64,000 bases of DNA. Origin: Octopus sinensis (Eukaryota). This document shows, in pieces, positions 1 through 12,692 of this stretch. The notes beneath the pieces were generated by a model, which worked only from the letters and a program-made list of their open reading frames with translations, was not told the origin of the DNA and did no database searches. The translations under genes were made by a program, and so were the position numbers. Position 1 is the first letter of the stretch, and every line of letters starts with the position of its first letter. The stretch is from contig NC_043006.1 of assembly GCF_006345805.1 (NCBI RefSeq), forward strand, positions 5,642,001 to 5,706,000, in the 5' to 3' direction.

Positions 1-1745
1 CTTCAACAGATGCTATATGACGTACTTCAGCAGATGCTATATGACGTACTTCAACAGATGCTATATGACATACTTCAACAGATGCTATATGACATACTTC
101 AGCAGATGCTATATGACATACTTCAGCAGATGCTACATGACGTACTTCAACAGATGCTATATGACGTACTTCAGCAGATGCTATATGACGTACTTCAACA
201 GATGCTATATGACATACTTCAGCACATGCTATATGACGTACTTCAGCAGATGCTATATGACGTACTTCAGCAGATGCTATATTACGTACTTCAACAGATG
301 CTATATGACATACTTCAGCAGATGCTATATGACGTACTTCAACAGATGCTATATGACGTACTTCAACAGATGCTATATGACATACTTCAGCAGATGCTAT
401 ATGACATACTTCAGCAGATGCTATATGACGTACTTCAACAGATGCTATATGACATACTTCAGCAGATGCTATATGACGTACTTCAACAGATGCTATATGA
501 CGTACTTCAACAGATGCTATATGACATACTTCAACAGATGCTATATGACGTACTTCAACAGATGCTATATGACGTACTTCAGCAGATGCTATATGACGTA
601 CTTCAACAGATGCTATATGACATACTTCAGCAGATGCTATATGACGTACTTCAACAGATGCTATATGACATACTTCAGCAGATGCTATATGACGTACTTC
701 AGCAGATGCTATATGACGTACTTCAACAGATGCTATATGACATACTTCAGCAGATGCTATATGACATACTTCAGCAGATGCTATATGACATACTTCAGCA
801 GATGCTATATGACGTACTTCAGCAGATGCTATATGACGTACTTCAACAGATGCTATATGACATACTTCAGCAGATGCTATATGACGTACTTCAGCAGATG
901 CTATATGACGTACTTCAACAGATGCTATATGACATACTTCAGCAGATGCTATATGACGTACTTCAGCAGATGCTATATGACGTACTTCAACAGATGCTAT
1001 ATGACGTACTTCAACAGATGCTATATGACATACTTCAGCAGATGCTATATGACATACTTCAACAGTTGCTATATGACGTACTTCAGCAGATGCTATATGA
1101 CGTACTTCAACAGATGCTATATGACGTACTTCAGCAGATGCTATATGACGTACTTCAACAGATGCTATATGACATACTTCTGCACATGCTATATGACGTA
1201 CTTCAACAGATGCTATATGACGTACTTCAGCAGATGCTATATGACATACTTCAGCAGATGCTATATGACATACTTCAACAGTTGCTATATGACATACTTC
1301 AGCAGATGCTATATGACGTACTTCAACAGATGCTATATGACATACTTCAGCAGATGCTATATGACGTACTTCAACAGATGCTATATGACGTACTTCAGCA
1401 GATGCTATATGACATACTTCAGCAGATGCTATATGACATACTTCAACAGATGCTATATGACATACTTCAGCAGATGCTATATGACGTACTTCAACAGATG
1501 CTATATGACATACTTCAGCAGATGCTATATGACGTACTTCAACAGATGCTATATGACGTACTTCAACAGATGCTATATGACATACTTCAGCAGATGCTAT
1601 ATGACGTACTTCAACAGATGCTATATGACATACTTCAGCAGATGCTATATGACATACTTCAGCAGATGCTATATGACGTACTTCAACAATAGCTGTATGA
1701 CGTGCTTTAATAGTCGATATATGATGTACTTCAGTAGCATATCAT
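1..1745. repeat. 24-bp minisatellite CTTCA(A/G)CAGATGCTATATGAC(G/A)TA, about 70 copies, runs off the left edge
   Basis: Exact 24-bp periodicity over 1-1688 with two dimorphic positions; degenerate copies to about 1745. It explains the 560-aa and 580-aa ORFs. Confidence 0.97.
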
Positions 1746-2190
1746 ATTGCAATGTTTAATCATATACCAGTACATTATACACCAGCGAAACGTTCCTAGC
1801 TGGACACTCGATGATATTCGAAGTGCAACAAAGTATTTCTTTAGAACATATAACGGCGTCCGTTGTGGTGTAGAATCCATCTCCGACCACAACTGATTTC
1901 ATAGGATCTTTACTGGAACTTGAGCCTTATGACAGTTTACATGTTAGAAATTTGTCCAAAAAGTGAATTGGCTGCCATAGGAAAAGAGTCGAAAGACCAA
2001 CAAGAGGAACGGACAATGCAGATAAATTTGTTAAAGGGACTCGAATTTCGGATTTTATGTCATCGTCCGATTCGACTCGAGGGTTCGTATTACGACTTTA
2101 AGTAATCAAAACTAATCTTTTGAATATGAGAATCTCAATGAGTCATACGACAGGTGGAGGTGAAAGTATATAATGATTCTAGTTGGAATG

Positions 2191-2250
2191 GAATGTGACG
2201 GAATGTGACGGAATTTGACGGAATGTGACGGAATGTGACGGAATGTGACT
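2191..2250. repeat. 10-bp tandem repeat (GAATGTGACG)x6
   Basis: Six consecutive units read directly, two with a single substitution. Confidence 0.95.
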
Positions 2251-2800
2251 AGCAAGCGTTCATTCGTAACGAGTTGGTGGACGAGTCGCGAAATCTGAAG
2301 TAAGAGAAAAGTTAACTAAAATCATTTTTATCTACAAGATAAAATGAAGCTGTGACAGTATTTGGTTAAAATGGAGACAGCCTATCGTGATCTGGCAAAA
2401 ATCTTTGTATTAGCAGCTCAGAGATGGAAAGATTAGCTTGTTTTGTTGAGTTGTGTTCGGCAATATTAATGGAGTTTGACACTACTGCAGAAGAGATGGC
2501 GTTAACAATGCAAATATCTCGCATTGTTTCATAAATGTTTGTCTTTGTGTCTGTCCCTCGCATTCCTCTCACACCGACGTCAAATGTGGCTGAATATTCC
2601 GCTCAATAAGGTGATGTGCCCCACATACACTGACGACAAAAGTACTAAGATTTACATAGGACACAGGTCTACATTTGCTGCAAACATAAAAGATACGATA
2701 AAAGAAAAGGCAAAATTAGACACAAACATATTTAAAGCAATCACAAGTACAACATTTAGCCAAAAGAAACAACACTCTACAAACAATACATTGGATACAC

Positions 2801-4120
2801 CTATTTCTTTACTGCCCACAAGGGGCTGAACACAGAGAGGACAAACAAGGGCAGACAAATGGATTAAGTCGATTATATCGACCCCAGTGCGTAACTGGTA
2901 CTTATTTAATCGACCCCCAAAAGGATGAAAGGCAAAGTCGACCTCGGCAGAATTTGAACTCAGAACATAACGGCAGACGAAATACCTATTTCTTTACTAC
3001 CCACAAGGGACTAAACACAGAGAGGACAAACAAGGGCAGACAAACGGATTAAGTCGATTATATCGACCCCAGTGCGTAACTGGTACTTAATTTATCGACC
3101 CCGAAAGGATGAAAGGCAAAGTCGACCTCGGCGGAATTTGAACTGAGAACGTAACGGCAGACGAAATACCTATTTCTTTACTACCCACAAGGGGCTAAAC
3201 ACAGAGAGGACAAACAAGGGCAGACAAACGGATTATATCGACCCCAGTGCGTAACTGGTACTTATTTAATCGACCCCGAAAGGATGAAAGGCAAAGTCGA
3301 CCTCGGCAGAATTTGAACTCAGAACATAACGGCAGACGAAATACCTATTTCTTTTACTACCCACAAGGGGCTAGACGCAGAGAGGACAAACAAGGACAGA
3401 CAAACGGATTAAGTCGATTATATCGACCCCAGTGCGTAACTGGTACTTATTTAATCGACCCCGAAAGGATGAAAGGTAAAGTCGACCTCGGCAGAATTTG
3501 AACTCAGAACATAACGGCAGACGAAATACCTATTTCTTTACTACCCACAAGGGACTAAACACAGAGAGGACAAACAAGGGCAGACAAACGGATTGAGTCG
3601 ATTATATCGACCCCAGTGCGTAACTGGTACTTAATTTATCGACCCCGAAAGGATGAAAGGCAAAGTCGACCTCGGCGGAATTTGAATTGAGAACGTAACG
3701 GCAGACGAAATACCTATTTCTTTACTACCCACAAGGGGCTAAACACAGAGAGGACAAACAAGGGCAGACAAACGGATTATATCGACCCCAGTGCGTAACT
3801 GGTATTTATTTAATCGACCCCGAAAGGATAAAAGGCAAAGTCGACCTCGGCAGAATTTGAACTCAGAACATAACGGCAGACGAAATACCTATTTCTTTAC
3901 TACCCACAAGGGGCTAAACACAGAGAGGACAAACAAGGGCAGACAAACAGATTAAGTCGATTATATCGACCCCAGTGCGTAACTGGTACTTAATTTATCG
4001 ACCCCGAAAGGATGAAAGGCAAAGTCGACCTCGGCGGAATTAGAACTGAGAACGTAACGGCAGACGAAATACCACAAAGCATTTCGCCCGGCGTGCTAAC
4101 GTTTCTGCCAACCTACCGCC
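2801..4120 (-). mobile_element. Tandem array of 7 Nin/Deu-like SINE bodies with one complete tRNA-derived head
   Basis: Units start at 2801, 2986, 3170, 3345, 3530, 3714 and 3889. Minus-strand motif GCCTTTCATCCTTTCGGGGTCGAT..AAGTACCAG. The 5' part of the head occurs only at 4071-4120. Flanking 17-bp repeats AATAYATTGGATACACC at 2785-2801 and 4125-4141. Confidence 0.9.
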
Positions 4121-4494
4121 TTAGAATATATTGGATACACCGTGGACTAAGTCCATTCGAGCTGGCTCCTAATTTCTTCACAACAAACTACAATATACTA
4201 AAAGAACACAAATCAGTAGATTTCGTATCATCGCACATTACACACAGACCAGCAACACGATGAAACAGGAAATGAAAGACCTCTTGGACATGCAAGGAGT
4301 ATAGTTCAACAATCAAAGAAGAATGAAAAAATCGAAAGTAACCCTCTAAGTAACATGAAAAGTCGACTCCCCAGAAGCAACATTCTTGAGCTCTACAACT
4401 CAGTTCACTAAAAATGTTATTTCACCCACCTTACTTAGAGAAACATTTTTAAAAAACGTGCTCAGAAATAGCTACCTCCATCACGAATTACGCA

Positions 4495-4815
4495 GAGGCG
4501 CAATGGCCCAGTGGTTAGAGCAGCGGACTCGCGGTCGGAGGATCGCGGTTTCGATTCCCAGACCGGGCGTTGTGTGTGTTTATTGAGCGAAAACACCTAA
4601 AAGCTCTACGAGTTCCGGCAGGGAGTAGTGGCAACTCTTGTTGTACTCTTTCGCCCCAACTTTCTCTCACTTTTTCTTCCTGTTTCTTGGGTAACGCTGC
4701 GATGGACTGGCGTCCCGTCCTGCTGGATGGGGGGAACACATACGCCATAGAGACCGGGAAACCGGGCCCATGAGCCTGGCTAGGCTTGAAAAGGGCGCAT
4801 AAATAAATAAATAAA
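4495..4815 (+). mobile_element. tRNA-derived SINE with V-like domain and (TAAA)n tail
   Basis: A-box TGGCCCAGTGG, B-box GGTTTCGATTCC, CTGCGATGGACTGGCGTCCCGTCC motif, TAAA tail; sister copy at 63138-63452. Confidence 0.85.
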
Positions 4816-5075
4816 CATGACTGACATTATTCCTATGTGCTGGGCTGGGATGAATACTCGTAATAAGTACAAAGTGACGACAACTGTTGCGCTTTCACCA
4901 AGTTCCCTTTTACCCGTTCTCTACCAAGGCCTGCAACCGTGTAAGAATAAAGTGAACCGTGGTGATAGTGCAGCATATCCAGACTCCAACTTTACCTATA
5001 CAATTAACCATTGCGTATTAGAATATACAAGAAGGTTGTCAGATATGTTAAAAGCATGGAGAACAAATATATATA

Positions 5076-5306
5076 CCTATTTCTTTACTACCCACAAGGG
5101 GTTAAACACAGAGAGGACAAACAAGGACAGACACGCGGATTAAGTCGATTATATCGACCCCAGTGCGTAAGTGGTTCTTATTTAATCGACCCCGAAAGGA
5201 TGAAAGGCAAAGTCGACCTCGGCGGAATTTGAACCCAGAACGTAGCGGCAGACGAAATACCGCTAAGCATTTCGCCCGGCGTGTTAACGTTTCTGCCAGC
5301 TCGCTG
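5076..5306 (-). mobile_element. Nin/Deu-like SINE, monomer
   Basis: Same body and head as the 2801-4120 array. Confidence 0.9.
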
Positions 5307-5432
5307 CGAACAATATAAATATATACCACGACCCACACTTCAATGTGAGTGTCGATACTCCAGTGCTAACCCTATTCACACCAGTTCCCAATCTTTCTCC
5401 GTCAATAATCTATCCTAATTTATAGAAACGGG

Positions 5433-5683
5433 TTACATACATACATACATACATACGTGTCCCATACATACATACATATATACATACATACATACATATA
5501 TACATACATACATATATACATACATACATACATATATACATACATACACACATACATACATACATGCATACATACATACACACACACACACACATACATA
5601 CATACATACATACACACACACATACATACATACACACATACACACACATACATACATACATACATACATACACACACACACAT

Positions 5684-5714
<31 letters not shown>

Positions 5715-5761
5715 TACATACATACACACATACACACATACATACATACATACACACATAC

Positions 5762-5803
<42 letters not shown>

Positions 5804-5885
5804 ACATACACACACACACATACACACATACACACATACATACATACATATAGACATTCAGACAGACAGACAGACAGATAGATGG
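5433..5885. repeat. Compound microsatellite (TACA)n/(CA)n/(GACA)n
   Basis: Seen directly; source of the His/Thr/Tyr and Cys/Val/Met ORFs. Confidence 0.97.
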
Positions 5886-5894
5886 ACAGGCGAA

Positions 5895-6072
5895 GAACCT
5901 CTCCCATCCTGACAATTATATCATTATCTTCCTTAATTTCAGCATTTCAATGTGATAGATACAGGATTTAAACAATTATGCCCCTTATTAGCTCGAGTTC
6001 CTCCTAAATGGCACCGATACGATTTCTTTGGAGCCGAGTTTACCGGACATTTGCTCTCCAATGTCACTCACT
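5895..6072. repeat. About 180-bp segment repeated at 8235-8417
   Basis: GAACCTCTCCCATCCTGACAATT...CTCCAATGTCACTCACT present in both places. Confidence 0.9.
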
Positions 6073-6189
6073 AGATGTCTCTCGCTGTCTAGAAGTCTGA
6101 CGAAAGTCATGATGTTGTTCACGATGTTAAAGTCTTTGACCATATCTGGCCTTTAATATAAGTGATCATATATTATTATTACTATTTAG

Positions 6190-6530
6190 GCGTGGCATCT
6201 TGGGCAAGTGTCTTCTGCTATAGCCTCGGGCCGACCAAAGCCTTGTGAGTGGATTTGGTAGACGGAAACTGAAAGAAGCCCGTCGTATAATATGTATATA
6301 TATGCGTGTGTGTGCTTGTGTGTCTGTGTTTGTCCTCCTAGCATTGCTTCACAACCGATGCTTGTGTGTTTACGTCCCTGTTATTTAGCGGTTCAGCAAA
6401 AGAGACCGATAGAATAAGTACTGGGCTTACAAAAGAATAAGTCCCGGGGTCAAGTTGCTCGATTAAAGGCGGTGCTCCAGCATGGCCACAGTCAAATGAC
6501 TGAAACAAGTAAAAGAGTAAAAGAGAGTAA
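6190..6530 (+). mobile_element. CORE-like SINE, 5'-truncated
   Basis: CTTGGGCAAGTG motif, central (TA)(TG) tract, tail GGCGGTGCTCCAGCATGGCCACAGTCAAATGACTGAAAC. Confidence 0.88.
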
Positions 6531-6532
6531 GA

Positions 6533-6740
6533 GAGTGAGCTGGTAGAATCGTTAGCACGCTGGGCAAAATGCTTAGCAGCATTTCGTCCGTCTGCACGTT
6601 CTGAGTTCAAATGCCGCTGATGTCGACTTTGCTTTTCAGCCTTTCGCAATCGATGAAGTACCATCTAAAAACTGGGAATCGAGGTAATCGACTTAAACTC
6701 TCCCTTGAATTTGCTGGCCTTGTGCCAAAATTTGAAACCA
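6533..6740 (+). mobile_element. Older Nin/Deu-like SINE subfamily with a different 3' tail
   Basis: Head GAGCTGGTAGAATCGTTAGCAC, GAGTTCAAAT, tail TTGCTGGCCTTGTGCCAAAATTTGAAACC; relatives near 12714-12918, 18648-18781 and 22150-22352. Confidence 0.75.
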
Positions 6741-6755
6741 AAATATAATGCTACT

Positions 6756-7147
6756 GGATGGATGGAAGCACTCCGTCATTTACGACGATGAGGGTTCCGG
6801 TTGATCCGATCAGCGGAACAGCCTGCTCGTGAAATTAACGTGTAAGTGGCTGAGCACTCCACAGACACATGCGCCCTTAACGTAGTTCTCGGGGATATTC
6901 AGCGTGACACAGAGAGTGACAAGGTCGGCCCTTTGAAATACAGGTACAACAGAAACAGGAAGTAAGAGTGAGAGAAAGTTGTGGTGAAAGAGTACAGCAG
7001 GGATCACCACCATTCCCCGCCGGAGCCTCGTGGAGCTTTAGGTGTGTTTTCGCTCAATAAACACTCACAACGTCCGGTCTGGGAATCGAAACCGCGATCC
7101 TACGACCGCGAGTCCGCTGCCCTAACCACTGGGCCATTGCGCCTCCA
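6756..7147 (-). mobile_element. tRNA-derived SINE, same head as 4495, alternative tail B
   Basis: Head at 7070-7147 matches the 4495 element; 6756-6950 is unrelated to its tail; ATGCTACT flanks both sides. Confidence 0.85.
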
Positions 7148-7542
7148 CATTATGCTACTATATACACAACAACTGTTAACTTCTTAAAGCTTTCTGATTG
7201 ATTAACAGAGACTCATGCAACATCCACTTGCTCAACAGACCCTGCACTAAACAATACACACCAAATTCTTGCTTCATAGAACTTCAATACTCTGAAATGA
7301 AATACCCCACCCTCCCTTTTCTTTACTTTACTTGTATCAATCGCATTATTTTCGACTGTCTGTGGGAAGGAATTTGAAAAAGTCAGTGGTGTACTACCCC
7401 TCTTTAGGAAGATGAAAATTTGACGTGCCATTCTCTTCTTGTTCTTTCTTTCTTTTTATTGTGTTTCAAAGAAATTTGAGGACGACTCTATAATCCAAAC
7501 TATAAAAGTAGTCGTTGCCGTCAACAACAACAGCAAATTGTA

Positions 7543-7746
7543 TACTCTTTTACTTGTTTCAGTCATTTGACTGCGGCCATGCTGGAGCACCGCCTTTAAT
7601 CGAGCAACTCGACCCCGGGACTTATTCTTTTGCAAGCCCAGTGCTTATTCTATCGGTCTGTTTTGCCGAACCGCTAAGTAACGGGGACATAAACACACCA
7701 GCATCGGTTGTCAAGCAATGCTAGGGGGACAAACACAGACACACAA

Positions 7747-7781
<35 letters not shown>

Positions 7782-7952
7782 CATATATACGACAGGCTTC
7801 TTTCAGTTTCCGTCTACCAAATCCACTTACAAGGCTTTGGTCGGCCCGAGGCTATAGTAGAAGACACTTGCCCAAGGTGCCACGCAGTGGGACTGAACCC
7901 GGAACCATGTGGTTGGTAAACAAGCTACTTACCACACAGCCACTCCTGCGCC
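7543..7952 (-). mobile_element. CORE-like SINE, full length
   Basis: tRNA-like head, CORE-like motif, central TA/CA tract and shared tail. Confidence 0.92.
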
Positions 7953-8234
7953 TTATCTCAAAGCAGTGTAGCGATGCTTTCCGCATTCTCTAAAACTAAA
8001 AGCATTTTCGCTCATATTCAAGTTGTATTGGTGGGCTTAGAACTGAGTATTTATTGTGCAACACTTCAAGAGAATTCAATCATGAAGCAGAAACGGCTAA
8101 ATACGCCAATCATCTTCAGCTGATCGAAGCCTTTGTGATCGATATCCTCGCAGATGCAGCGTTCTGTGTTTATATTAAGGACAACACTTGATGCTTCACT
8201 TACGGTAAAAGCAGGCACCACTTGTTTATACTCG

Positions 8235-8428
8235 GAACCTCTCCCATCCTGACAATTATATCATTATCTTCCTTAATTTTACAGCCTTTCAATGCGATGG
8301 AAACAGAATTTAAACAATTATGCCCCTTATTAGCTCGAGTTCCTCCTAAATGGCACCGATACGATTTCCTTGGAGCCGAGTTTACCGGAGATAAATTGCT
8401 CTCCAATGTCACTCACTGCGACGTTGTA
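8235..8428. repeat. Second copy of the 180-bp segment, bounded by 14-bp direct repeats
   Basis: GTTTATACTCGGAA at 8224-8237 and 8429-8442. Confidence 0.8.
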
Positions 8429-8539
8429 GTTTATACTCGGAAGGACATTCAACATTCAAGACATGTGCACAAAAAAAAACTGATTTGAATTTGTAAAGCT
8501 AAACGAAAACAGAAGAAAATAAAGCAAAGTGAATGCATC

Positions 8540-9503
8540 GTGATGGTAGAGGCGGGTGGCGGAGATTGCAGAGGTGGTGTTACTACGGCTGCGGCTGCTG
8601 CGGCGGCGGTGATGGTTATTGCTTTCATGTGTAAAAGTGTAGCTTAACTGTCATACGTTCTAGAAAATGGTCAGCTTTGAGTCACAAGTATGTAATTCGA
8701 ATAAACCAAATATGTCGCTTGTAAATCTAACACGATGAATAAAAGAACAACATTTCAAGTGTTTCGTCGTAAATGTTATTTTTTCTTGGCCGTTTCATTC
8801 ATTCATTCTTTCTTCTCCGCCTTTCTTTCATTCCGTATTTCATTTTAACCATTTTCTTTCCTCCGCTCTTTTCTTCCTATTTAGTTTCTTTCATCGTTCT
8901 TGACACTTTTGTTTGTGTGTGCGTGTGTGATTCTTTCTGTTTTCTTTCCTTCCCTTATACTCTCTTTTTTTTTCCCTCCTTCTTTATTCTATATCCTTTT
9001 TCAATGCTGATAATTGAAACTTCTCTTTTCTCTTTTCTCTCTCTCTCACTATCCCTACAGTCACGCCCACACTCGCATATTTCCACCGTAACTCAAGCCA
9101 ACCTTCACTATCAGTCCAGTCAACTGTTATCTTGAAGCTAAGCCCCTGTCTCCGAGGCTCCGTTACTTTGATAATAGTAGTTGCAGCATTCCGCCCATAT
9201 TTTCTTCCTCTTCCCTCCTCTCCAACCGCCAGCGAAGCATTCGATGTTATTACTTCTTCGCTGTTGCCGTGTTCACTGATTTTCATTTCCCATTCAAAGT
9301 AGCATGGCACTACCAGTTTGCAGAAAACGACAGCTGTCTCCTTACGACACGATATATCTCTAAAGAAAAAGGAAATTATTCATATTTGGCTCGGGCACCT
9401 GCCTGAGCTGTCCCAACTTGGCCGAGCTAACTTCACAACTAATATACACCCAGTGACATAAGTGTTGTTGTCTCTGTCGACACAAAAACCACCCAACAGA
9501 AGT
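8540..9503 (+). promoter_or_regulatory. Probable promoter/5' UTR region of the myosin I gene
   Basis: SINE-free and relatively CpG-retaining, with GGC/GCT and pyrimidine tracts, directly upstream of the ATG at 9504. The TSS cannot be located from sequence. Confidence 0.4.
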
Positions 9504-9601
9504 ATGGCAGCAATTCACGAGGGACCCGAATATGGAATCGGGGATTTTGTTTTACTATCCGACCTCACGTTGGATAGCTTTATGGACAATTTAAAAACTA
9601 G
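9504..9601 (+). CDS. Myo1D: Unconventional myosin ID-like, coding exon 1 (MAAIHEGPEYGIGDFVLLSDLTLDSFMDNLKT-R)
   Basis: ATG at 9504; G-x-x-DFVL...F-M-x-NL motif of myosin I N-termini; donor AG|GTAAGT at 9602; phase 2 matches the exon at 53880. Absent from the ORF track. Confidence 0.9.
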
Positions 9602-12035
9602 GTAAGTTCATTGAACTTGTATTACTATCGAGTGACATTCCTCCATTTCTTTTCTTTCTTTTGTTCTAAGTTAAAGAGTGGTTTCCAGAGAAAACAACTG
9701 GACTCCAAAATAGTTTTATTAATGATTTATTTTATACGACTATTATCGAAATTCTTTTATGTTGCAACAGGTAATTTACTCGACATTCATAACGAATGGA
9801 AATCTCTCATTTAATTCGGGTGGGTTTCAATGTCGTAATTTTCGGAATATCATTTCAAGTTTGAATGCCCATTTCAATGATTGTCGAAATACAGGTTTTT
9901 AAGGAAGTATTTACATATAAAAGCATGCATAGGTAGACACCTGCTTAGTTTATTGGTTCAAAGTTTATCTCCGCTGTTTGCTAGCCAGGTTGAAGTAAAG
10001 ATATTTAGGCTATGATAGCAAAAAGGCCTTACCATTGTATTCTTCCTGCAGCTGGCCCATCCAGCTGACCTCTACGGAAATGGTCTTGACAATTTAACTA
10101 GTGAAACTCCTGCATGTAAAAAAAAAAGCAAACTTATTTAATTAATAATGTTGTTAATTAATATGGAACTCATTCAAGTTTGAATACTGCAAGCATTGAT
10201 TGTGAGGCTAGAATTATTTGGCAACTGTTGAATTCACTCAATTCGTTATATTTTTGTTGTAAAATCAGTTTTGTTTATAAATAAATTCCAACAAATTCCG
10301 TTAATTTTATAGCAAATATTCTTGGGACTATAATATCATTATGTTGAAAGGGAAAAAAAGCATTTAAAATATCGCTTTTGTTGACGTTCTTTTTTTGTTT
10401 GTGTGTGTGTGTGTGAAAATTTCAAACAAAACGTTTATTTGGGCGCCTAACTCTTTAATAGTCAGTCACTTGAAGTGGCACACCTTGCCTTTATTGAAAG
10501 ACTTGAATAACGATCACAAATGTAGACTTGAAAACAATAAATAAGCGGATACGATTGTGGAGGGATGCAGTTGTGGTTGCTATTTCGCTAACCGAGGTTT
10601 TTTTTTTTTAGAATTCTATCTTCATTTGTTAGACGTAGCTATAGTTTCATAAGACGGTGACATGTCACCAACGGCAAGGTCATATGTCCTGGGGCGATGT
10701 CAAGTTGGTGTTACCATAGACAGTTCGATGATTATCTTACGACCGTTCATTTCTTTTGAGATACTACGACTAAAATCTGTAATGCTTCACCTAGATCTTG
10801 TGCATATATTTATGTCAATAGCAGACTATAAATGTAAAGGAGAAAGAGGAGAGAGAGAGATGCTAGGTACACGTGAGTCTCTCGTTCGTATAAATGCGTG
10901 CTCTGCAGTATTGATACAGCATCGTTGCCTTCTAAGGTTGCACATCACACACAGATGCACGTGTATTTATTTACTTAACTCGACCTCCTTTACAATTCAT
11001 ATTCTCACCATATTACCATTTTTAACATCCTTTTCTAGGAATGCATTCTATTTCTGACCTTAGTTTTTCTTTCTAAAATAACACCATCAAAACACTGGAA
11101 TTGTCCTCCTCCTCCTCCTCCTACCCACCACCACTACCTCTCCATATCATCGAATAAATAATCAATATGTAGACAGAAGGAGAGGGGACACGCATTCACA
11201 CACGTGCTGTCTCGTATTTTTGGTGTCAAGTTCCTCCTATTTTAGCAGCGATCTCTTAATTACACCTTCAGACTGTTATCGGAAGAAAATATCGTTGAAT
11301 CGAAACCAATGTCGACACGAACCGATCTTCTGAACAATGATTACGACTCTCTTCTTTACTGGTATCGGTTTTTATAATATCAAAGGTTAAACTAACCTTA
11401 TGAAAAATGTAACCTTATGATAAATGACTGAACAAACTTTGAAGATTTCCGGGATTTTTTTGTCTTTTTGTTTATTTTTGGTGCTTTTTGTCACACCTGT
11501 TCAAACACGAATTTTCTCATTGTCGTGAAATAACACGGTTATCAAAGGAATAGTCTTAACTGCTATGACAGGATGCATTGCTTTAAAATATTTATCATGG
11601 TGTTATTGTCGAAGTGGTCAGTTACACCTTGACCACTTCAACATTTCTCATAAATTAAATTCGATAAAATAAATTCGTCAGAACTCCCAGACCATATCAA
11701 AACATATGTTATTGCCTTTTGAACACCTTTACTTTTAGTTTTCTTTGCTATTAAGATCTAAATAAGTTGGAATCGCTCAAGAATTTGAACACTTAAACTC
11801 TGTATGGCAAATTAGTATTTCTTCAATTTTGTTTAGATGTTGGAGGTAATTTACCATTAATTGGGATTTTTTTTAATGTCATTTATTAATTCACCAGAGT
11901 GTTGATTTTTTTAATATAAATAAGCATTCCTAAACCTGTTTTTTCTCCTCACATAGTTAAATAAATGAATAATAAATCAACAATATGAATCTTAAATGAT
12001 GAAAGTTAGAGGTCGTTACAAACGAATACAAATGG

Positions 12036-12231
12036 TACTCTTTTATTCGTTTCAGTCATTTGACTGTGGCCATGCTGGAGCACCGCCTTTAGTCGAGCAA
12101 ATCAACCCCAAAACTTATTCTTTGTAAGCCTAGTACTTATTCTATCGGTCTCTTTTGCCGAACCGCTAAGTTACGGGGACGTAAACACACCAGCATTGGT
12201 TGTCAGGCGATGTTGGGAGGACAAACATATG

Positions 12232-12269
<38 letters not shown>

Positions 12270-12692
12270 CACATATATATATTTCTTTACTACCCACAAG
12301 GGGCTAAACACAGAGAGGACAAACAAGGACAGACAAACGGATTAAGTCGATTATATCGACTCCAGTGCATAACTGGTACTTATTTAATCGACCCCGAAAG
12401 GATGAAAGGCAAAGTCGACCTCGGCGGAATTTGAACTCAGAACGTAGCGGCAGACGAAATACCTCAAAGCATTTCACCCGGCGTGCTAACGATTCTGCCA
12501 ACTCGCCGCCTTTATATACACATATATACGACGGGCTTCTTTCAGTTTCCGTCTACCAAATCCACTCACAAGGCTTTGGTCGACCCGAGGATATAGTAGA
12601 AGACACTTGCCCAAGGTGCCACGCAGTGGGATTGAACCCGGAACCATGTGGTTGGTAAACAAGCTACTTAACACACAGCCACTCCTGCGCCT
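12036..12692 (-). mobile_element. CORE-like SINE with a nested Nin/Deu-like SINE (12281-12510) in its TA tract
   Basis: Tail half 12036-12230, nested element, head half 12525-12692. Confidence 0.9.

Noticed and set aside
1-1688. Hammerhead in the minisatellite minus strand (CTGYTGAAGTACGTC)
   Set aside because: No CTGANGA or GAAA core and no stems.
10-1759. 560-aa (MLYDVLQQ)n and 580-aa (MTYFSRCY)n ORFs as real proteins
   Set aside because: A 24-bp unit without a stop in that frame gives a long ORF automatically. Three of six frames are open and there is no unique coding sequence or splice context.
2524-2800. GIY-YIG-like motif KIYIG in a short ORF
   Set aside because: No upstream GIY/VVY or downstream Arg/His pattern; too little evidence.
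1-4120. CRISPR-like arrays
   Set aside because: The repeats are contiguous with no unique spacers, no cas genes are present, and the context is eukaryotic.
4495-4570. tRNA gene (also the other SINE heads)
   Set aside because: A and B boxes are present, but the sequence runs into a repeated SINE body and lacks a proper acceptor stem.
5410-5915. ORFs over microsatellites (also near 35278 and 47588)
   Set aside because: Low-complexity translation of (CA)n, (TA)n and (TACA)n.
8204-8247. Minus-strand first exon MGEVPSINKWCLLL followed by GTAAGT
   Set aside because: The ATG lies inside a duplicated, direct-repeat-bounded segment; no homology recognised and no downstream exons found.
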